NCBI GenBank assembly: GCA_021798745.1
Contig: JAJZBW010000003.1
Span: 1-38,258, forward strand
DNA: 38,258 bases
Direction: 5' to 3'
From: Actinomycetes bacterium
GTDB lineage: Bacteria; Actinomycetota; Acidimicrobiia; Acidimicrobiales; Bog-793
Positions 1 through 9,431 of this stretch are shown here, piece by piece; within the stretch, counting starts at the first letter, position 1; each line of letters starts with the position of its first letter. A program made the position numbers and the translations under genes. The notes beneath the pieces were generated by a model. It searched no databases. It saw only the letters and a list, made by a program, of their open reading frames with translations, and was not told the origin of the DNA.

Positions 1-20
1 GCGCCTGGGAGACGGTCCGA

Positions 21-638
21 TCACCGGGCGCGCGGTCGGCCCACGTCCGTTGCGCGCGCCCGTCCGCTCTCCGCGACGGCGAGCGCCTCCGCGAGCCACG
101 GCGCGTGCTCGCCCGCGGGCGAGCCGTCGACGACCTCGGACGGGAGGAGCCAGCACAGCTCGGCGACCTCGGACGCGAGCGGCTCCGGGGTGGCGTCCGT
201 CGTCCCGACGAGCACGTGGTCGAGCTCGTGCTCGACGCGCCCGCTGGCCGGGCAGACTGCTCGGTACGTGAACCGCCCGACGGGCACGAGGGTGCACGAG
301 AGCCCGAGCTCCTCGAGGACGCGTCGCTGCGCCGACTCGACGATCTCCTCGCCCGGTCCCGGATGGCTGCAGCACGCGTTCGCCCAGTGGAGAGGGAAGT
401 GGTACTTCGACGCAGCGCGACGCTGGAGCAGGAGGCGACCGTCGCTCCGGTACAAGAACACGGAGAACGCGAGGTGAAGGCGCCCGGGGGGCTCGTGGGC
501 CGAGAGCTTGTCCGCGACCCCGACCACCGACGCCTGGTCGTCCACGAGAACCACGACCGGGCGCTCCACGAGGCCCGCCGTGGCGTCGCGCCCCGCTCCC
601 ACCGATCCGTCCGCCACGTCGCCCACCGACCCTCGCAC
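21..638 (-). CDS. idi: Isopentenyl-diphosphate delta-isomerase type 1 (Nudix fold)
   Basis: C-terminal part of ORF 21..1817 has the IDI-1 motifs LHLAFSVFL, LLLQRRAASKYHFP, WANACCSHP and EHELDHV. GTG at 638 has GGAGG 6 nt upstream. Confidence 0.92.
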   Translation of the reverse strand: MRGSVGDVADGSVGAGRDATAGLVERPVVVLVDDQASVVGVADKLSAHEPPGRLHLAFSVFLYRSDGRLLLQRRAASKYHFPLHWANACCSHPGPGEEIVESAQRRVLEELGLSCTLVPVGRFTYRAVCPASGRVEHELDHVLVGTTDATPEPLASEVAELCWLLPSEVVDGSPAGEHAPWLAEALAVAESGRARATDVGRPRAR

Positions 639-788
639 CGACCGCCTCCGAAACCGGAGCCAGGCTCCGATGGGCCAGAATGCTAAGCGCGGGCCTGCTC
701 GGCGCGGACGGCGCGCGGCGCGCCCGGTCGGAGCGGCACGGCTCGCGGACGACGAGGGCGTGCGCAGACGACGAGGAGGAGCGAGGAC

Positions 789-1748
789 ATGGAGTACCGA
801 CGGCTCGGACGATCGGGGTTGAAGGTCAGCGTGCTGTCGTTCGGCTCCTGGGTCACCTTCGGGCCCCAGCTTTCCGGGGACGTCGCGGAGCGGTGCCTGT
901 CGATCGCCCGCGACGCAGGAGTGAACTTCTTCGACAACGCCGAGTCCTACGCAGACGGCGAGTCGGAGCGGATCATGGGCGAGGCGATCGCGAAGCTCGG
1001 CTGGCCGCGCCACTCCTACGTGGTCTCCACGAAGCTCTTCTGGGGGATCCACGACGACGTCAACATGAGGAACACCCTGAACCGCAAGTACCTCATGCAG
1101 GCGATAGACGGCTCCCTCCGGCGCCTCGGGCTCGACGAGGTCGACCTCCTCTTCTGCCACCGCGCGGACCCGGACACCCCGATCGAGGAGACCGTGTTCG
1201 CGATGGACGACATCGTCTCGTCCGGGAAGGCCCTCTACTGGGGGACCTCCGAGTGGTCGGCCGAGGAGGTCCGCGCCGCGTGGGAGATCGCGGAGCGCCA
1301 CCACCTCCACAAGCCGGTGGTGGAGCAGCCGCAGTACAACCTCCTCCACCGGCACAAGGTCGAGGACGAGTACGCGCGCCTCTACGACGACGTGGGGATC
1401 GGCCTCACGACCTGGAGCCCCCTCGCCTCCGGGCTTCTCACGGGCAAGTACGTCGACGGCATACCCGACGGATCTCGCGGCGCCCTCCCCGGCTACGAGT
1501 GGCTTCGGGGCCACCTCACCGACCCGTCCACGAACGCCCGGGTGCGGGCGCTCCGGAGCGTCGCGGAGGACCTCGGGTGCACGCTGTCGCAGCTCTCCGT
1601 CGCGTGGTGCACCCTCAACCCGCACGTGTCGACCGTGATCACGGGGGCGAGCCGTCCGGAGCAGGTCACGGAGAACCTGAAGGCGCTCGACGTCGTCCCC
1701 CTGCTGGACGAGGCCGCCCTCGAGCGCGTCGAGGCCGCGCTCGCGTGA
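789..1748 (+). CDS. Aldo/keto reductase, Kv-beta/Tas-like
   Basis: Motifs [49 protein letters not shown] and [20 protein letters not shown] upstream. Confidence 0.95.
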   Translation: MEYRRLGRSGLKVSVLSFGSWVTFGPQLSGDVAERCLSIARDAGVNFFDNAESYADGESERIMGEAIAKLGWPRHSYVVSTKLFWGIHDDVNMRNTLNRKYLMQAIDGSLRRLGLDEVDLLFCHRADPDTPIEETVFAMDDIVSSGKALYWGTSEWSAEEVRAAWEIAERHHLHKPVVEQPQYNLLHRHKVEDEYARLYDDVGIGLTTWSPLASGLLTGKYVDGIPDGSRGALPGYEWLRGHLTDPSTNARVRALRSVAEDLGCTLSQLSVAWCTLNPHVSTVITGASRPEQVTENLKALDVVPLLDEAALERVEAALA

Positions 1749-1859
1749 CACCCCTGCTCCGGGCGCCGGCGACGCGACGAGCCGGGCGACCGGCGCGCTC
1801 GGTAGCGGCTCGCTCACCGGCCGTGCCTGTCTCGCCGGTCCGCGCTATCCTTCGTCCTG

Positions 1860-3191
1860 GTGGCGTCATCTCAGGTGGTTTCTGCTGATCTCGTCTGCGT
1901 CACGGATCCCGCGCGTGACGGGAGGGCCGCCTCCACGACACCACCCGGCGCATCCTCACCGTACGGGCCGCTCCCGACGCTCCTCGCGCTCTCGGAGCGC
2001 GTCGCGGAGACCGTGCTCGCAGTCGGCCGCGACGGGAGGATCACCGCTCGTCTCGGCGGAGCCGAGTCGGGCACCGGGCTCGCCGCGGTCGGGACCCACG
2101 TCTTCGAGCACTGCCATCCGGACGACCTCTCCGACCTGCGCGCCCTCGCGCGCTCGGCGCTCGCCTCGGGACCGGGCTGGCAGGGATCGGCGCGGGCGCG
2201 TGTCCGGGCCGGGCGCGGATCGTGGCAGCTCCACGACCTGCACGTCGTGGACCGGTCGGACGACCCCGCGATCGGCGGGTTCGTGGTGCACGTCCGACGG
2301 ACAGCCGAGGCGGCTCGCGTCGACGAGGTCGGAGGGGAGCTGGCAGCGCTCGCGGACGTCGTGCCCCTCCCGATCGCCGTCGTCGACGGCGACGGCACCG
2401 CGCGGCTGTCGAACCGCGCCGCACGGGATCTCGTCAGGCACCTCGACGGCCGCTTCGAGTCCGACGGTCTCGTCGGGCTCGCGGACCTCCGCGACCGGCA
2501 CCTCGTCGAGGACGCGCTCGCCTGGGTGCGCGAGCACGGGGGCGAGGTCACGACGACCTTCCGGCTCCTTCCCGTGCGCCCGTCCGCCGCGGAGCGCGTC
2601 GTCGAGGCGACGCTCGCGGCCCGAGACGGAGCCGACGAGCTCCGCGGGCCCGGGGGAATCGTGGTCACGCTCGTCGACGTGAGCGCGTACCACGCCCGCG
2701 AGTCCGAGCTCCGGCGCATGGCCACGTGCGACCCTCTCACCGGGCTTCTCAACCGGGTCGAGTTCGAAGGGTGCCTCGCGGACCGGCTCGCGCGCTCCCC
2801 CGAGCGAGTCGCGCTCCTCTTCTGCGACCTCGACGGGTTCAAGGCCGTCAACGACACGCACGGCCACGGGGTGGGCGACGAGCTCCTCGTCGACATCGCG
2901 CAGCTTCTCGAGTCGCGGACCCGCCCGGGCGACCTCGTCGGGAGGCTCGGCGGGGACGAGTTCGCCGTGCTCGTCGACGGGGCGAGCGCACCCGATTCCG
3001 ACGCCCTCGCGTGCAGGATCGCCGTGTCGATCGCGGAGCTCAGCGCGTACCGGCGACTGCCCGTGAGCGCGAGCGTCGGCGCAGCGACGGCAAGACGCGG
3101 CGACACCCCGCGCGACCTGCTCCGTCGCGCCGACGCTGCGATGTACGACGAGAAGCGACGCCGCCACACGAGGGCTCGCGCCATCCACTGA
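1860..3191 (+). CDS. PAS-domain diguanylate cyclase (GGDEF)
   Basis: DPLTGLLNR, DLDGFKAVNDTHGHGVGDELL and an intact RLGGDEF with an RPGD I-site. PAS-like segments (HPDD, PIAVVDGDG..N). Start uncertain, but TATCCT lies 8 nt before the GTG. Confidence 0.9.
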   Translation: MASSQVVSADLVCVTDPARDGRAASTTPPGASSPYGPLPTLLALSERVAETVLAVGRDGRITARLGGAESGTGLAAVGTHVFEHCHPDDLSDLRALARSALASGPGWQGSARARVRAGRGSWQLHDLHVVDRSDDPAIGGFVVHVRRTAEAARVDEVGGELAALADVVPLPIAVVDGDGTARLSNRAARDLVRHLDGRFESDGLVGLADLRDRHLVEDALAWVREHGGEVTTTFRLLPVRPSAAERVVEATLAARDGADELRGPGGIVVTLVDVSAYHARESELRRMATCDPLTGLLNRVEFEGCLADRLARSPERVALLFCDLDGFKAVNDTHGHGVGDELLVDIAQLLESRTRPGDLVGRLGGDEFAVLVDGASAPDSDALACRIAVSIAELSAYRRLPVSASVGAATARRGDTPRDLLRRADAAMYDEKRRRHTRARAIH

Positions 3192-3210
3192 GCATCGGCC
3201 CCACCCCGGG

Positions 3211-3248
3211 TTCACGCGGAGTTCACAAACCGGACACAGTCGAGAAAC
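3211..3248 (+). promoter_or_regulatory. Candidate GlnR (or PhoP) operator upstream of glnII
   Basis: TTCAC-n6-TTCAC-n6-GACAC-n6-GAAAC with exact 11-bp periodicity, matching the actinobacterial GlnR box architecture, upstream of a glutamine synthetase gene. Confidence 0.65.
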
Positions 3249-3396
3249 CTGCTCCTGCGAGCCTGTCGACGGGCCGAGGGCCGGTCCGCGCGCACCGTCG
3301 GCCCCTCGTCTCGCGTCCTTCGGGCGGCGGCCGTCCCATCCGGCCGGTCGGCGCCCGTCGCGTCCCAGCCGAACCGAGAGAGCGTAGGAGCGTGGC

Positions 3397-4401
3397 GTGA
3401 GCTACCAGGCGGAGTACATCTGGATCGACGGCACGGAGCCGACACCGTTGATGCGCTGCAAGACGAAGATCATCGCGGACGGCAAAGAGCCCGGGATCTG
3501 GGGCTTCGACGGGTCGAGCACGAACCAGGCTCCGGGGAGCAACTCGGACTGCGTCCTCCAGCCCGTGTACACGGTCCCGGACCCGCTACGCGGCGGCAAG
3601 AACGTCCTCGTCCTGTGCGAGGTGCTCCTGACCGACTTCACGCCGCACCCGACGAACACGCGCGCACCGTCGGTCGCGGTCGCCCAGAAGTACGCGGACC
3701 AGGAGCCCCTGTTCGGGATCGAGCAGGAGTACACGTTCTTCCAGGACGGAAGGCCGCTCGGATGGCCCGAGGTCGGCTACCCCGCGCCTCAGGGCCCCTA
3801 CTACTGCAGCGTCGGGGCCGACTACATCGTCGGCCGGGAGATCGTCGAGCGGCACACCGTGGCCTGCATGGATGCCGGGATCGGCATCGAGGGCACGAAC
3901 GCCGAGGTCATGAAGGGCCAGTGGGAGTTCCAGGTGGGGATCCTCGCCGCTCCGACCGTCGGCGACCAGCTCTGGGTCGCACGTTGGCTCCTCAGTCGCG
4001 TCGCGGAGGACTTCGGCGTCCAGGTCAGCTTCGCGGCGAAGCCGGTTCCCGGGGACTGGAACGGCGCGGGCGCCCACACGAACTTCTCCACCGCCGCCAT
4101 GCGGGAGGACTACGGTGCGATCGTCGCGGGCTGCGAGGCGCTAGGGACCCAGGTCGAGAAGCACATCGCGGCCTACGGTCACGGCATCAAGGACCGGCTC
4201 ACCGGCGCGCACGAGACCGCGCGCTGGGACCGCTTCAGCTACGGGGCGTCGGACCGGGGAGCGTCCGTGCGCATCCCCTGGGGCGTCGAGAAGGCTCGCA
4301 AGGGGTGGCTCGAGGACCGGCGCCCGAACGCGAACGCCGACCCGTACCTCGTGACCCAGGTCCTCATCGAGACGGTCTGCGGCTCGGCAGCGGGCGACTG
4401 A
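3397..4401 (+). CDS. glnII: Glutamine synthetase type II
   Basis: AEYIWIDG, WGFDGSSTNQA, FGIEQEY, PQGPYYC, NAEVMKGQWEFQVG, DWNGAGAHTNFST, RLTGAHET and EDRRPNANADPY. Length 334 aa is GSII-sized. Confidence 0.96.
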   Translation: MSYQAEYIWIDGTEPTPLMRCKTKIIADGKEPGIWGFDGSSTNQAPGSNSDCVLQPVYTVPDPLRGGKNVLVLCEVLLTDFTPHPTNTRAPSVAVAQKYADQEPLFGIEQEYTFFQDGRPLGWPEVGYPAPQGPYYCSVGADYIVGREIVERHTVACMDAGIGIEGTNAEVMKGQWEFQVGILAAPTVGDQLWVARWLLSRVAEDFGVQVSFAAKPVPGDWNGAGAHTNFSTAAMREDYGAIVAGCEALGTQVEKHIAAYGHGIKDRLTGAHETARWDRFSYGASDRGASVRIPWGVEKARKGWLEDRRPNANADPYLVTQVLIETVCGSAAGD

Positions 4402-4429
4402 CGCCCGCGGCGACCGCCGCGAGCGAAAC

Positions 4430-4462
4430 CGACGGCGCCGGGCCACGTGCCCGGCGCCGTCG
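4430..4462. terminator. Hairpin between convergent genes, probable terminator
   Basis: Perfect 14-bp stem CGACGGCGCCGGGC/GCCCGGCGCCGTCG with a 5-nt loop, between the stops of glnII and the flavin reductase gene. No U-tract. Confidence 0.6.
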
Positions 4463-4498
4463 CGTCCCCGCACGTGCCGCGCTCCCCGCCCCGGCGCG

Positions 4499-5020
4499 TC
4501 ACGGCGCCGCGTGCTCGCCGAGCCCCGTGTAGCGCCCGCGGTAGTAGACGAGAGGTGGCGCCTCGCGCCACCCGGTGTCCACGACGCGTCCGACGACGAG
4601 CTCGTGGTCGCCCGCGTCGTGCGCGACCACGAGGGAGCAGTCGACGTAGGCGACGGCCCCCTCGAGCACCGGCGCTCCCGTGGCCGCGCGGCCCCAGGCG
4701 ACCCCGGCGAACTTGTCCCCACCGGACACAGCGAACGCCTCCGCGAGATCCACCTGGTCGCGGCCGAGGACGTTCACGCAGAACGAACCGGACGCGGCCA
4801 TGCGCGGCCAGCTCGTCGATGTCTTCGCCGACGCGAGCGCGACGAGCGGAGGAGAGAGCGAGAGCGGGACGAAGCTCTGGCAGGTGAACCCTACCGGAAC
4901 CCCGTCCTCGAGGGCCGTGACGACCGTCACCCCGGTCACGAAACGGCCCATCACTCCCTTCAGGCGCGCGACACCGTGCGGACCGTCGAGCGCCACGAGC
5001 TCCGCGTCGCGACGGCTCAC
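4499..5020 (-). CDS. Flavin reductase family protein (HpaC/RutF-like)
   Basis: GRFVTGVTVVT, GFTCQSFVPLSLSPPLV, FCVNVL, GDHELVVGRV and PLVYYRGRY. GTG at 5020 overlaps the upstream TGA. Confidence 0.9.
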   Translation of the reverse strand: MSRRDAELVALDGPHGVARLKGVMGRFVTGVTVVTALEDGVPVGFTCQSFVPLSLSPPLVALASAKTSTSWPRMAASGSFCVNVLGRDQVDLAEAFAVSGGDKFAGVAWGRAATGAPVLEGAVAYVDCSLVVAHDAGDHELVVGRVVDTGWREAPPLVYYRGRYTGLGEHAAP

Positions 5021-5805
5021 AGGTCTCCGTCCGGCTCGCCCCGCTCCGCGTTGGCGCGGCCGACCCTCCAGTACGCCTTCGCCGAGACGCAGTGGGGACC
5101 GAGACGCGACGCGAGCGCACCGTGCGCTGCGGCGACGACGTGTGCCTCTCCGAGCACGTAGGCGTGCACGTCGGACTCGTCCAGCTCGATCGACTCGAGC
5201 GCCGCGAGGACCCGGTCGGGGGACTCGGCCGGGGCTCCCGCCCTCTCGAGCCAGTGGGCCGCGAGCCCGACACCCGGCCCCACTGCCAGGGGACGCAGCT
5301 CCCGGTCGTCCTCGACGTCCGCGACGACGACGGCGCGTCCGCCGGGGCGGATCGCGGCCACGAGGCGCGTGACCGCGGCGAGCGAGGCCTCGTCGCCCAC
5401 GAACAGGTGCGTGGACACTCCCGACACGAGGGTCACCTTGCCGCGCGGACCGACCGCGTCGACCCGCGCTCCGGGTTCGGCGGACCCGAGCCAGCGCGCG
5501 CCGGGGCCGTCCCCGTGCGCGACGACCGCGAGGTCGAGCAGCCCGCTCGCCGCGTCGTAGGACGCGATCGTGTAGCGCCTCTTCACGACGGTCCCGTCCC
5601 GGCCCGGGAGAGCGACCGTGACGTCCTGGCCGGGCGCGTGCAGGAGCTGCCCCGGCCCGTCGTCCGGAGAATGCGCCCGCGCCCGCACCCGGGTCACCCC
5701 CGGCGTGAGCGGCCCGATCTCGACGACCTCGAGCACCCACCGCACGGGGTCGGGCAGCTCGAACGCGAGAGGACGGGGCGACGGTCCTCCGAGGAGAGCG
5801 GTCAC
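5017..5805 (-). CDS. Siderophore-interacting protein (FAD-binding ferric reductase family)
   Basis: RRYTI, VAHGDGPGARW, VGPRG, GDEASLAA, GEA and KAYWRVG. GTG at 5805 overlaps the TGA of the epimerase gene. Confidence 0.88.
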   Translation of the reverse strand: MTALLGGPSPRPLAFELPDPVRWVLEVVEIGPLTPGVTRVRARAHSPDDGPGQLLHAPGQDVTVALPGRDGTVVKRRYTIASYDAASGLLDLAVVAHGDGPGARWLGSAEPGARVDAVGPRGKVTLVSGVSTHLFVGDEASLAAVTRLVAAIRPGGRAVVVADVEDDRELRPLAVGPGVGLAAHWLERAGAPAESPDRVLAALESIELDESDVHAYVLGEAHVVAAAHGALASRLGPHCVSAKAYWRVGRANAERGEPDGDL

Positions 5806-6737
5806 GGCACGTAGCGGGGCCCGTCCCCGCCGGCCCTCGCGAGCCTGTCGCGCACCTCGGGCAGGAGCTCTCCGTTCGCGTCGAGGTAGTCCCTCCACGA
5901 GCGCCTCGGCGCGTAGCCGACGAGGCGCTCCGCCTTCGCGCAGCTGATCCCGGACGCGTCCGGGCGAGAGAGGGGCCGGATGGGGACGTCGAGCCCGTAC
6001 ACCTCGCGCACGAGCGACACGAAGTCGTTGTTGCCGACGTTGTCCGGAGAGGCGACGTACAGGACCTCGTGCCCCGGAAGCTCGGACTCGGCGCACGCGA
6101 CGATCGCGTCCGCGAGGTCGTAGACGTCCACGTACGAGTGGATGTTCGAGGTCGTCACCGTCGGGTCCCGGACCTGGGGGCCGAGGTTCCACTCGATCGA
6201 GCCCTCCCACTGGACCCACGACGGGCGGACGCTCATGGCGGTCATGTCGCTTCGGCGGACCGCAGCGTCCATGAGCTGCTCCCCGAACACCTTCGAGAGC
6301 GCGTACGGGTCCTGCGGACGGAGCGGGTGCTCCTCGTCCACCGGCAGGTAGTCCGGGACGAACGGCCGCTCCGCGAAGAAGAAGCCCGGGGCGGTCTCCG
6401 AGGACAGGTTCACGAAGCGCCGCACGCCGGAGCGCACCGCCGCCTCGACGCAGTTGAACGTCATCTCGAGGTTCGTGCGGAACACGACGTGCGCCGGGTT
6501 CGCCGTCGGCTCGGGGATCGCCGCGCAGTGCACGACCGCGTCCGCGCCCCGCACGACGGAGAACGCGTCGCCCGCGTCCGTGAGGTCGGCCTGCACGTAC
6601 GCCGCGGCCCCCGGCTCCCGCCGTTCGAAGACCGGTCGGAGCACGTCCGTCGCGACCACGTCGTGCCCGGAGCGCTGGAGCGCACCGACCGTCGCCCGAC
6701 CGACCTTGCCACGCGCTCCCGTCACGACGACGCGCAC
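5802..6737 (-). CDS. NAD-dependent epimerase/dehydratase (extended SDR)
   Basis: VVVTGARGKVG Rossmann motif, VHCAAIP, NLSS and catalytic YALSK. GAGGAGG upstream. Confidence 0.93.
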   Translation of the reverse strand: MRVVVTGARGKVGRATVGALQRSGHDVVATDVLRPVFERREPGAAAYVQADLTDAGDAFSVVRGADAVVHCAAIPEPTANPAHVVFRTNLEMTFNCVEAAVRSGVRRFVNLSSETAPGFFFAERPFVPDYLPVDEEHPLRPQDPYALSKVFGEQLMDAAVRRSDMTAMSVRPSWVQWEGSIEWNLGPQVRDPTVTTSNIHSYVDVYDLADAIVACAESELPGHEVLYVASPDNVGNNDFVSLVREVYGLDVPIRPLSRPDASGISCAKAERLVGYAPRRSWRDYLDANGELLPEVRDRLARAGGDGPRYVP

Positions 6738-7036
6738 GTCACCTCCTCGTCGACCACCTCGTCGTCGACACGCAGATCCATACGGGACGCGACCCTATCG
6801 GAGCCGTCGTCCGTGGCCGACCGCCGCCGCCTGCATCGCTCCGCGGGACGAGGCCGTCGACCGGCGCTCGCCGCCACCACGTCCGATCCGCGTGACCGGC
6901 GCCGATCCCCCGGTCACGCCGGCCCCACGCGGCGACCCCGGGCAGGCTGCAGCGCACGGGTGGGCGCGTGCCTCCCGGGGCGTCGCCGCGGCACGCGCCG
7001 CCCGGATCGGAGGCGGCCCACGGAGCGGCGCGTCGC

Positions 7037-7126
7037 GCACGCGCCGTGCGCCCGCGGAGAGCGCGTCCCAGGTTCGCTATCTCGCTGATCATCGAGTGCA
7101 CGCGCCGTGCGCCCGCGGAGAGCGCG
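7037..7126. repeat. Two identical 29-bp direct repeats separated by a 32-bp unique spacer
   Basis: GCACGCGCCGTGCGCCCGCGGAGAGCGCG at 7037-7065 and 7098-7126. Spacer TCCCAGGTTCGCTATCTCGCTGATCATCGAGT. Confidence 0.9.
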
Positions 7127-7129
7127 CGC

Positions 7130-7660
7130 TCAGCGTGCGAGCTCCTTCACGAGCATCACGACGACCTTGCCGCCGGGATGCTCGAGCGTCCCGACCTCCT
7201 CGTAGCCGCGGGACAGGTGGAACGCGAGCGAGGGGGCGTTCCGTGGGACGAGGTTCACCTCGCAGCACATTCGTCCCGAGCGAGCCGCCTCGCACTCCAT
7301 CACCTCGTAGATCGCGGCACCGACCCCGCGACGTCGGCTCCGCGCGCCGACGGCGATCCGGTCGAGGTAGAGGAACGAGTCGAACCGCTCCGCGAACCAC
7401 CGGAAGTTCGCGCTCTCGTACTCGGCCTCGGGCCCGAGAGCGAGCGCGAAGCCCGCGACGCCCGCCCCGTCCTCCGCGACGAGCGCGACTCGTGCGGACG
7501 CGACGAGCGCGTCGAGCCCGGGCTCGTCGAGCGGGCTGAGCGCCCACTCGGACTCGAGGTTCAACCCGAGCATCGCCTCGCGGTCGGTCGCCGTCGCCGG
7601 ACGCACCTCGAGGGGGCGATCGCGCCCGCTCGAGCCCGCCGGACCGCTCCCGTGCCTCAC
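7130..7660 (-). CDS. GNAT-family N-acetyltransferase
   Basis: [44 protein letters not shown] and GYEEVG. GTG at 7660 is coupled to the ATPase stop. Confidence 0.87.
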   Translation of the reverse strand: MRHGSGPAGSSGRDRPLEVRPATATDREAMLGLNLESEWALSPLDEPGLDALVASARVALVAEDGAGVAGFALALGPEAEYESANFRWFAERFDSFLYLDRIAVGARSRRRGVGAAIYEVMECEAARSGRMCCEVNLVPRNAPSLAFHLSRGYEEVGTLEHPGGKVVVMLVKELAR

Positions 7661-8421
7661 AGGACCTTCGAGAGGAACGAGCGCGTCCGCTCGTGCCGAG
7701 GGCTCGCGATGACCTCGCGCGGCGGCCCCTCCTCGAGGACGACCCCGCCGTCCATGAAGACGAGCGTGTCCCCCACCTCGCGTGCGAACCCGATCTCGTG
7801 GGTCACGACGACCATCGTCATGCCGTCGCTCGCGAGGTCGCGCATGACGTCGAGCACCTCTCCGACGAGCTCCGGGTCGAGCGCGCTCGTCGGCTCGTCG
7901 AAGAGCATGAGCTTCGGCTCCATCGCAAGGGCGCGGGCGATCGCGACGCGCTGCTGCTGACCTCCGGAGAGCTGGTTCGGGTACGCGTCCACCTTGGACG
8001 ACAGGCCGACCCTGTCGAGCAGGCGACGGGCTCTCTCCGTGACGACCGGCCGGGCCTCCCCCTTCACGACGACGGGCGCCGTCACGACGTTCTCGAGCAC
8101 GGTGAGGTGCGGGAAGAGGTTGAACCTCTGGAACACCATCCCGATCTGGGTCCGCCGTCGGCAGACCTCGCGTTCGGGGAGCTCGTGGAGCCGACCGTTC
8201 CGCTCCGCGTAGCCGACGAGCGTCCCGTCGACCCAGAGCCGCCCCGAGTTGATCTTCTCGAGGTGGTTGATGCACCGGAGGAAGGTCGACTTCCCGGACC
8301 CGGACGGTCCGAGCAGGCACAGTACCTGGCTCGCCTCGACCTCGAGGCTGATGCCCTTCAGGACCTCGAGGTGGCCGTAGCGCTTGTGCACGCCTTCGGC
8401 GAGAAGCATCGGGACGGGCAC
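7657..8421 (-). CDS. Polar amino-acid ABC transporter ATP-binding protein (GlnQ-like)
   Basis: Walker [47 protein letters not shown] and VTHE. Confidence 0.95.
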   Translation of the reverse strand: MPVPMLLAEGVHKRYGHLEVLKGISLEVEASQVLCLLGPSGSGKSTFLRCINHLEKINSGRLWVDGTLVGYAERNGRLHELPEREVCRRRTQIGMVFQRFNLFPHLTVLENVVTAPVVVKGEARPVVTERARRLLDRVGLSSKVDAYPNQLSGGQQQRVAIARALAMEPKLMLFDEPTSALDPELVGEVLDVMRDLASDGMTMVVVTHEIGFAREVGDTLVFMDGGVVLEEGPPREVIASPRHERTRSFLSKVL

Positions 8422-9404
8422 TACCCCTGCCTCCGGAGCGGGTCCGACAGGGGACCCGGGACGTCCCCCGGCGGCACGCGGCGCCGGGCCGACCGCGAGC
8501 CGAGCATCCCCTGGAGCCTCTGGAACGGCGTCGGCGGGAGCGCGTAGGAGGCACCGCGGGCGTAGTGCCGCTCGACGTAGTACTGGCCGACCGTGAGGAC
8601 TGTGGTGAGCACGAGGTACCAGATGCTCGCCATGATGAGCAGAGGGATCGTCTGGTAGGTCCTCGCGTATATCTGCTGCGCCGAGTAGAGGAGCTCCGTG
8701 ACCGCGGCGACGCTCGCGAGCGACGTGGTCTTCAGCATGGAGATCGTCTCGTTCCCGGTCGGGGGGACGATCACGCGCATCGCCTGAGGGAGGACCACAC
8801 GGCGCATGAGCTGTATCCGCCTCATTCCGAGCGACTGCGCCGCCTCGACCTGCCCGTGGTCGACCGAGAGGATCCCCGCGCGGACGATCTCGGCGTAGTA
8901 CGCGGCCTCGTTGAGACCGAGCGCGAGGATCGCCGCGACTATCGAGGTCACGAGCGCGTTCGCGTTGCCGTGCAGCACCTGCGGCCCGAACGGGACCCCG
9001 AGCCCGATGTGCGGGAACAGGGCGGCGATGTTGTACCAGAACAGGATCTGGACGAACACCGGGGTCCCTCGGAAGAACCATATGTAGCACCAGGCCGATC
9101 CCGACAGGATCGGGTTCGGAGAGAGCCTCAGGATCGCGAGGCACACCCCGAGCACGACCCCGATGACCATCGCGGCGGCGGTGAGCTCGAGGGTCAGCAC
9201 GAGCCCGCGCACGACCGGGCCGGCGAAGAAGTAGGTCCCGACCACCGACCAGCCGAAGTTGGGGTTCGTGACGAGGCTGTGCGCGAGCATCGCCAGGAGC
9301 ACGAGCAGGACGGCGGTCGCGACCCACCGACCGGGATGCCGCACCGGCACCGCCCGGATCTCCTCCGGGCGGTGCCGGTCGTGGTCGACCTCGGTCACGG
9401 TCAC
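8421..9404 (-). CDS. Polar amino-acid ABC transporter permease (HisM/GlnP-like)
   Basis: [26 protein letters not shown] loop ([11 protein letters not shown]), [10 protein letters not shown] and LKTTSL. Confidence 0.95.
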   Translation of the reverse strand: MTVTEVDHDRHRPEEIRAVPVRHPGRWVATAVLLVLLAMLAHSLVTNPNFGWSVVGTYFFAGPVVRGLVLTLELTAAAMVIGVVLGVCLAILRLSPNPILSGSAWCYIWFFRGTPVFVQILFWYNIAALFPHIGLGVPFGPQVLHGNANALVTSIVAAILALGLNEAAYYAEIVRAGILSVDHGQVEAAQSLGMRRIQLMRRVVLPQAMRVIVPPTGNETISMLKTTSLASVAAVTELLYSAQQIYARTYQTIPLLIMASIWYLVLTTVLTVGQYYVERHYARGASYALPPTPFQRLQGMLGSRSARRRVPPGDVPGPLSDPLRRQG

Positions 9405-9431
9405 CGACCGCGCCCCCGCTCCCCCGGAGCG

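Noticed and set aside
639-1817. N-terminal extension making IDI a 598-aa fusion
   Set aside because: The extension is antisense to the aldo/keto reductase, and IDI has its own SD and GTG at 638.
7037-7126. A bona fide CRISPR array
   Set aside because: Only two full repeats, no AT-rich leader, no cas genes in the window and no canonical I-E hairpin. Kept as a repeat and a finding only.
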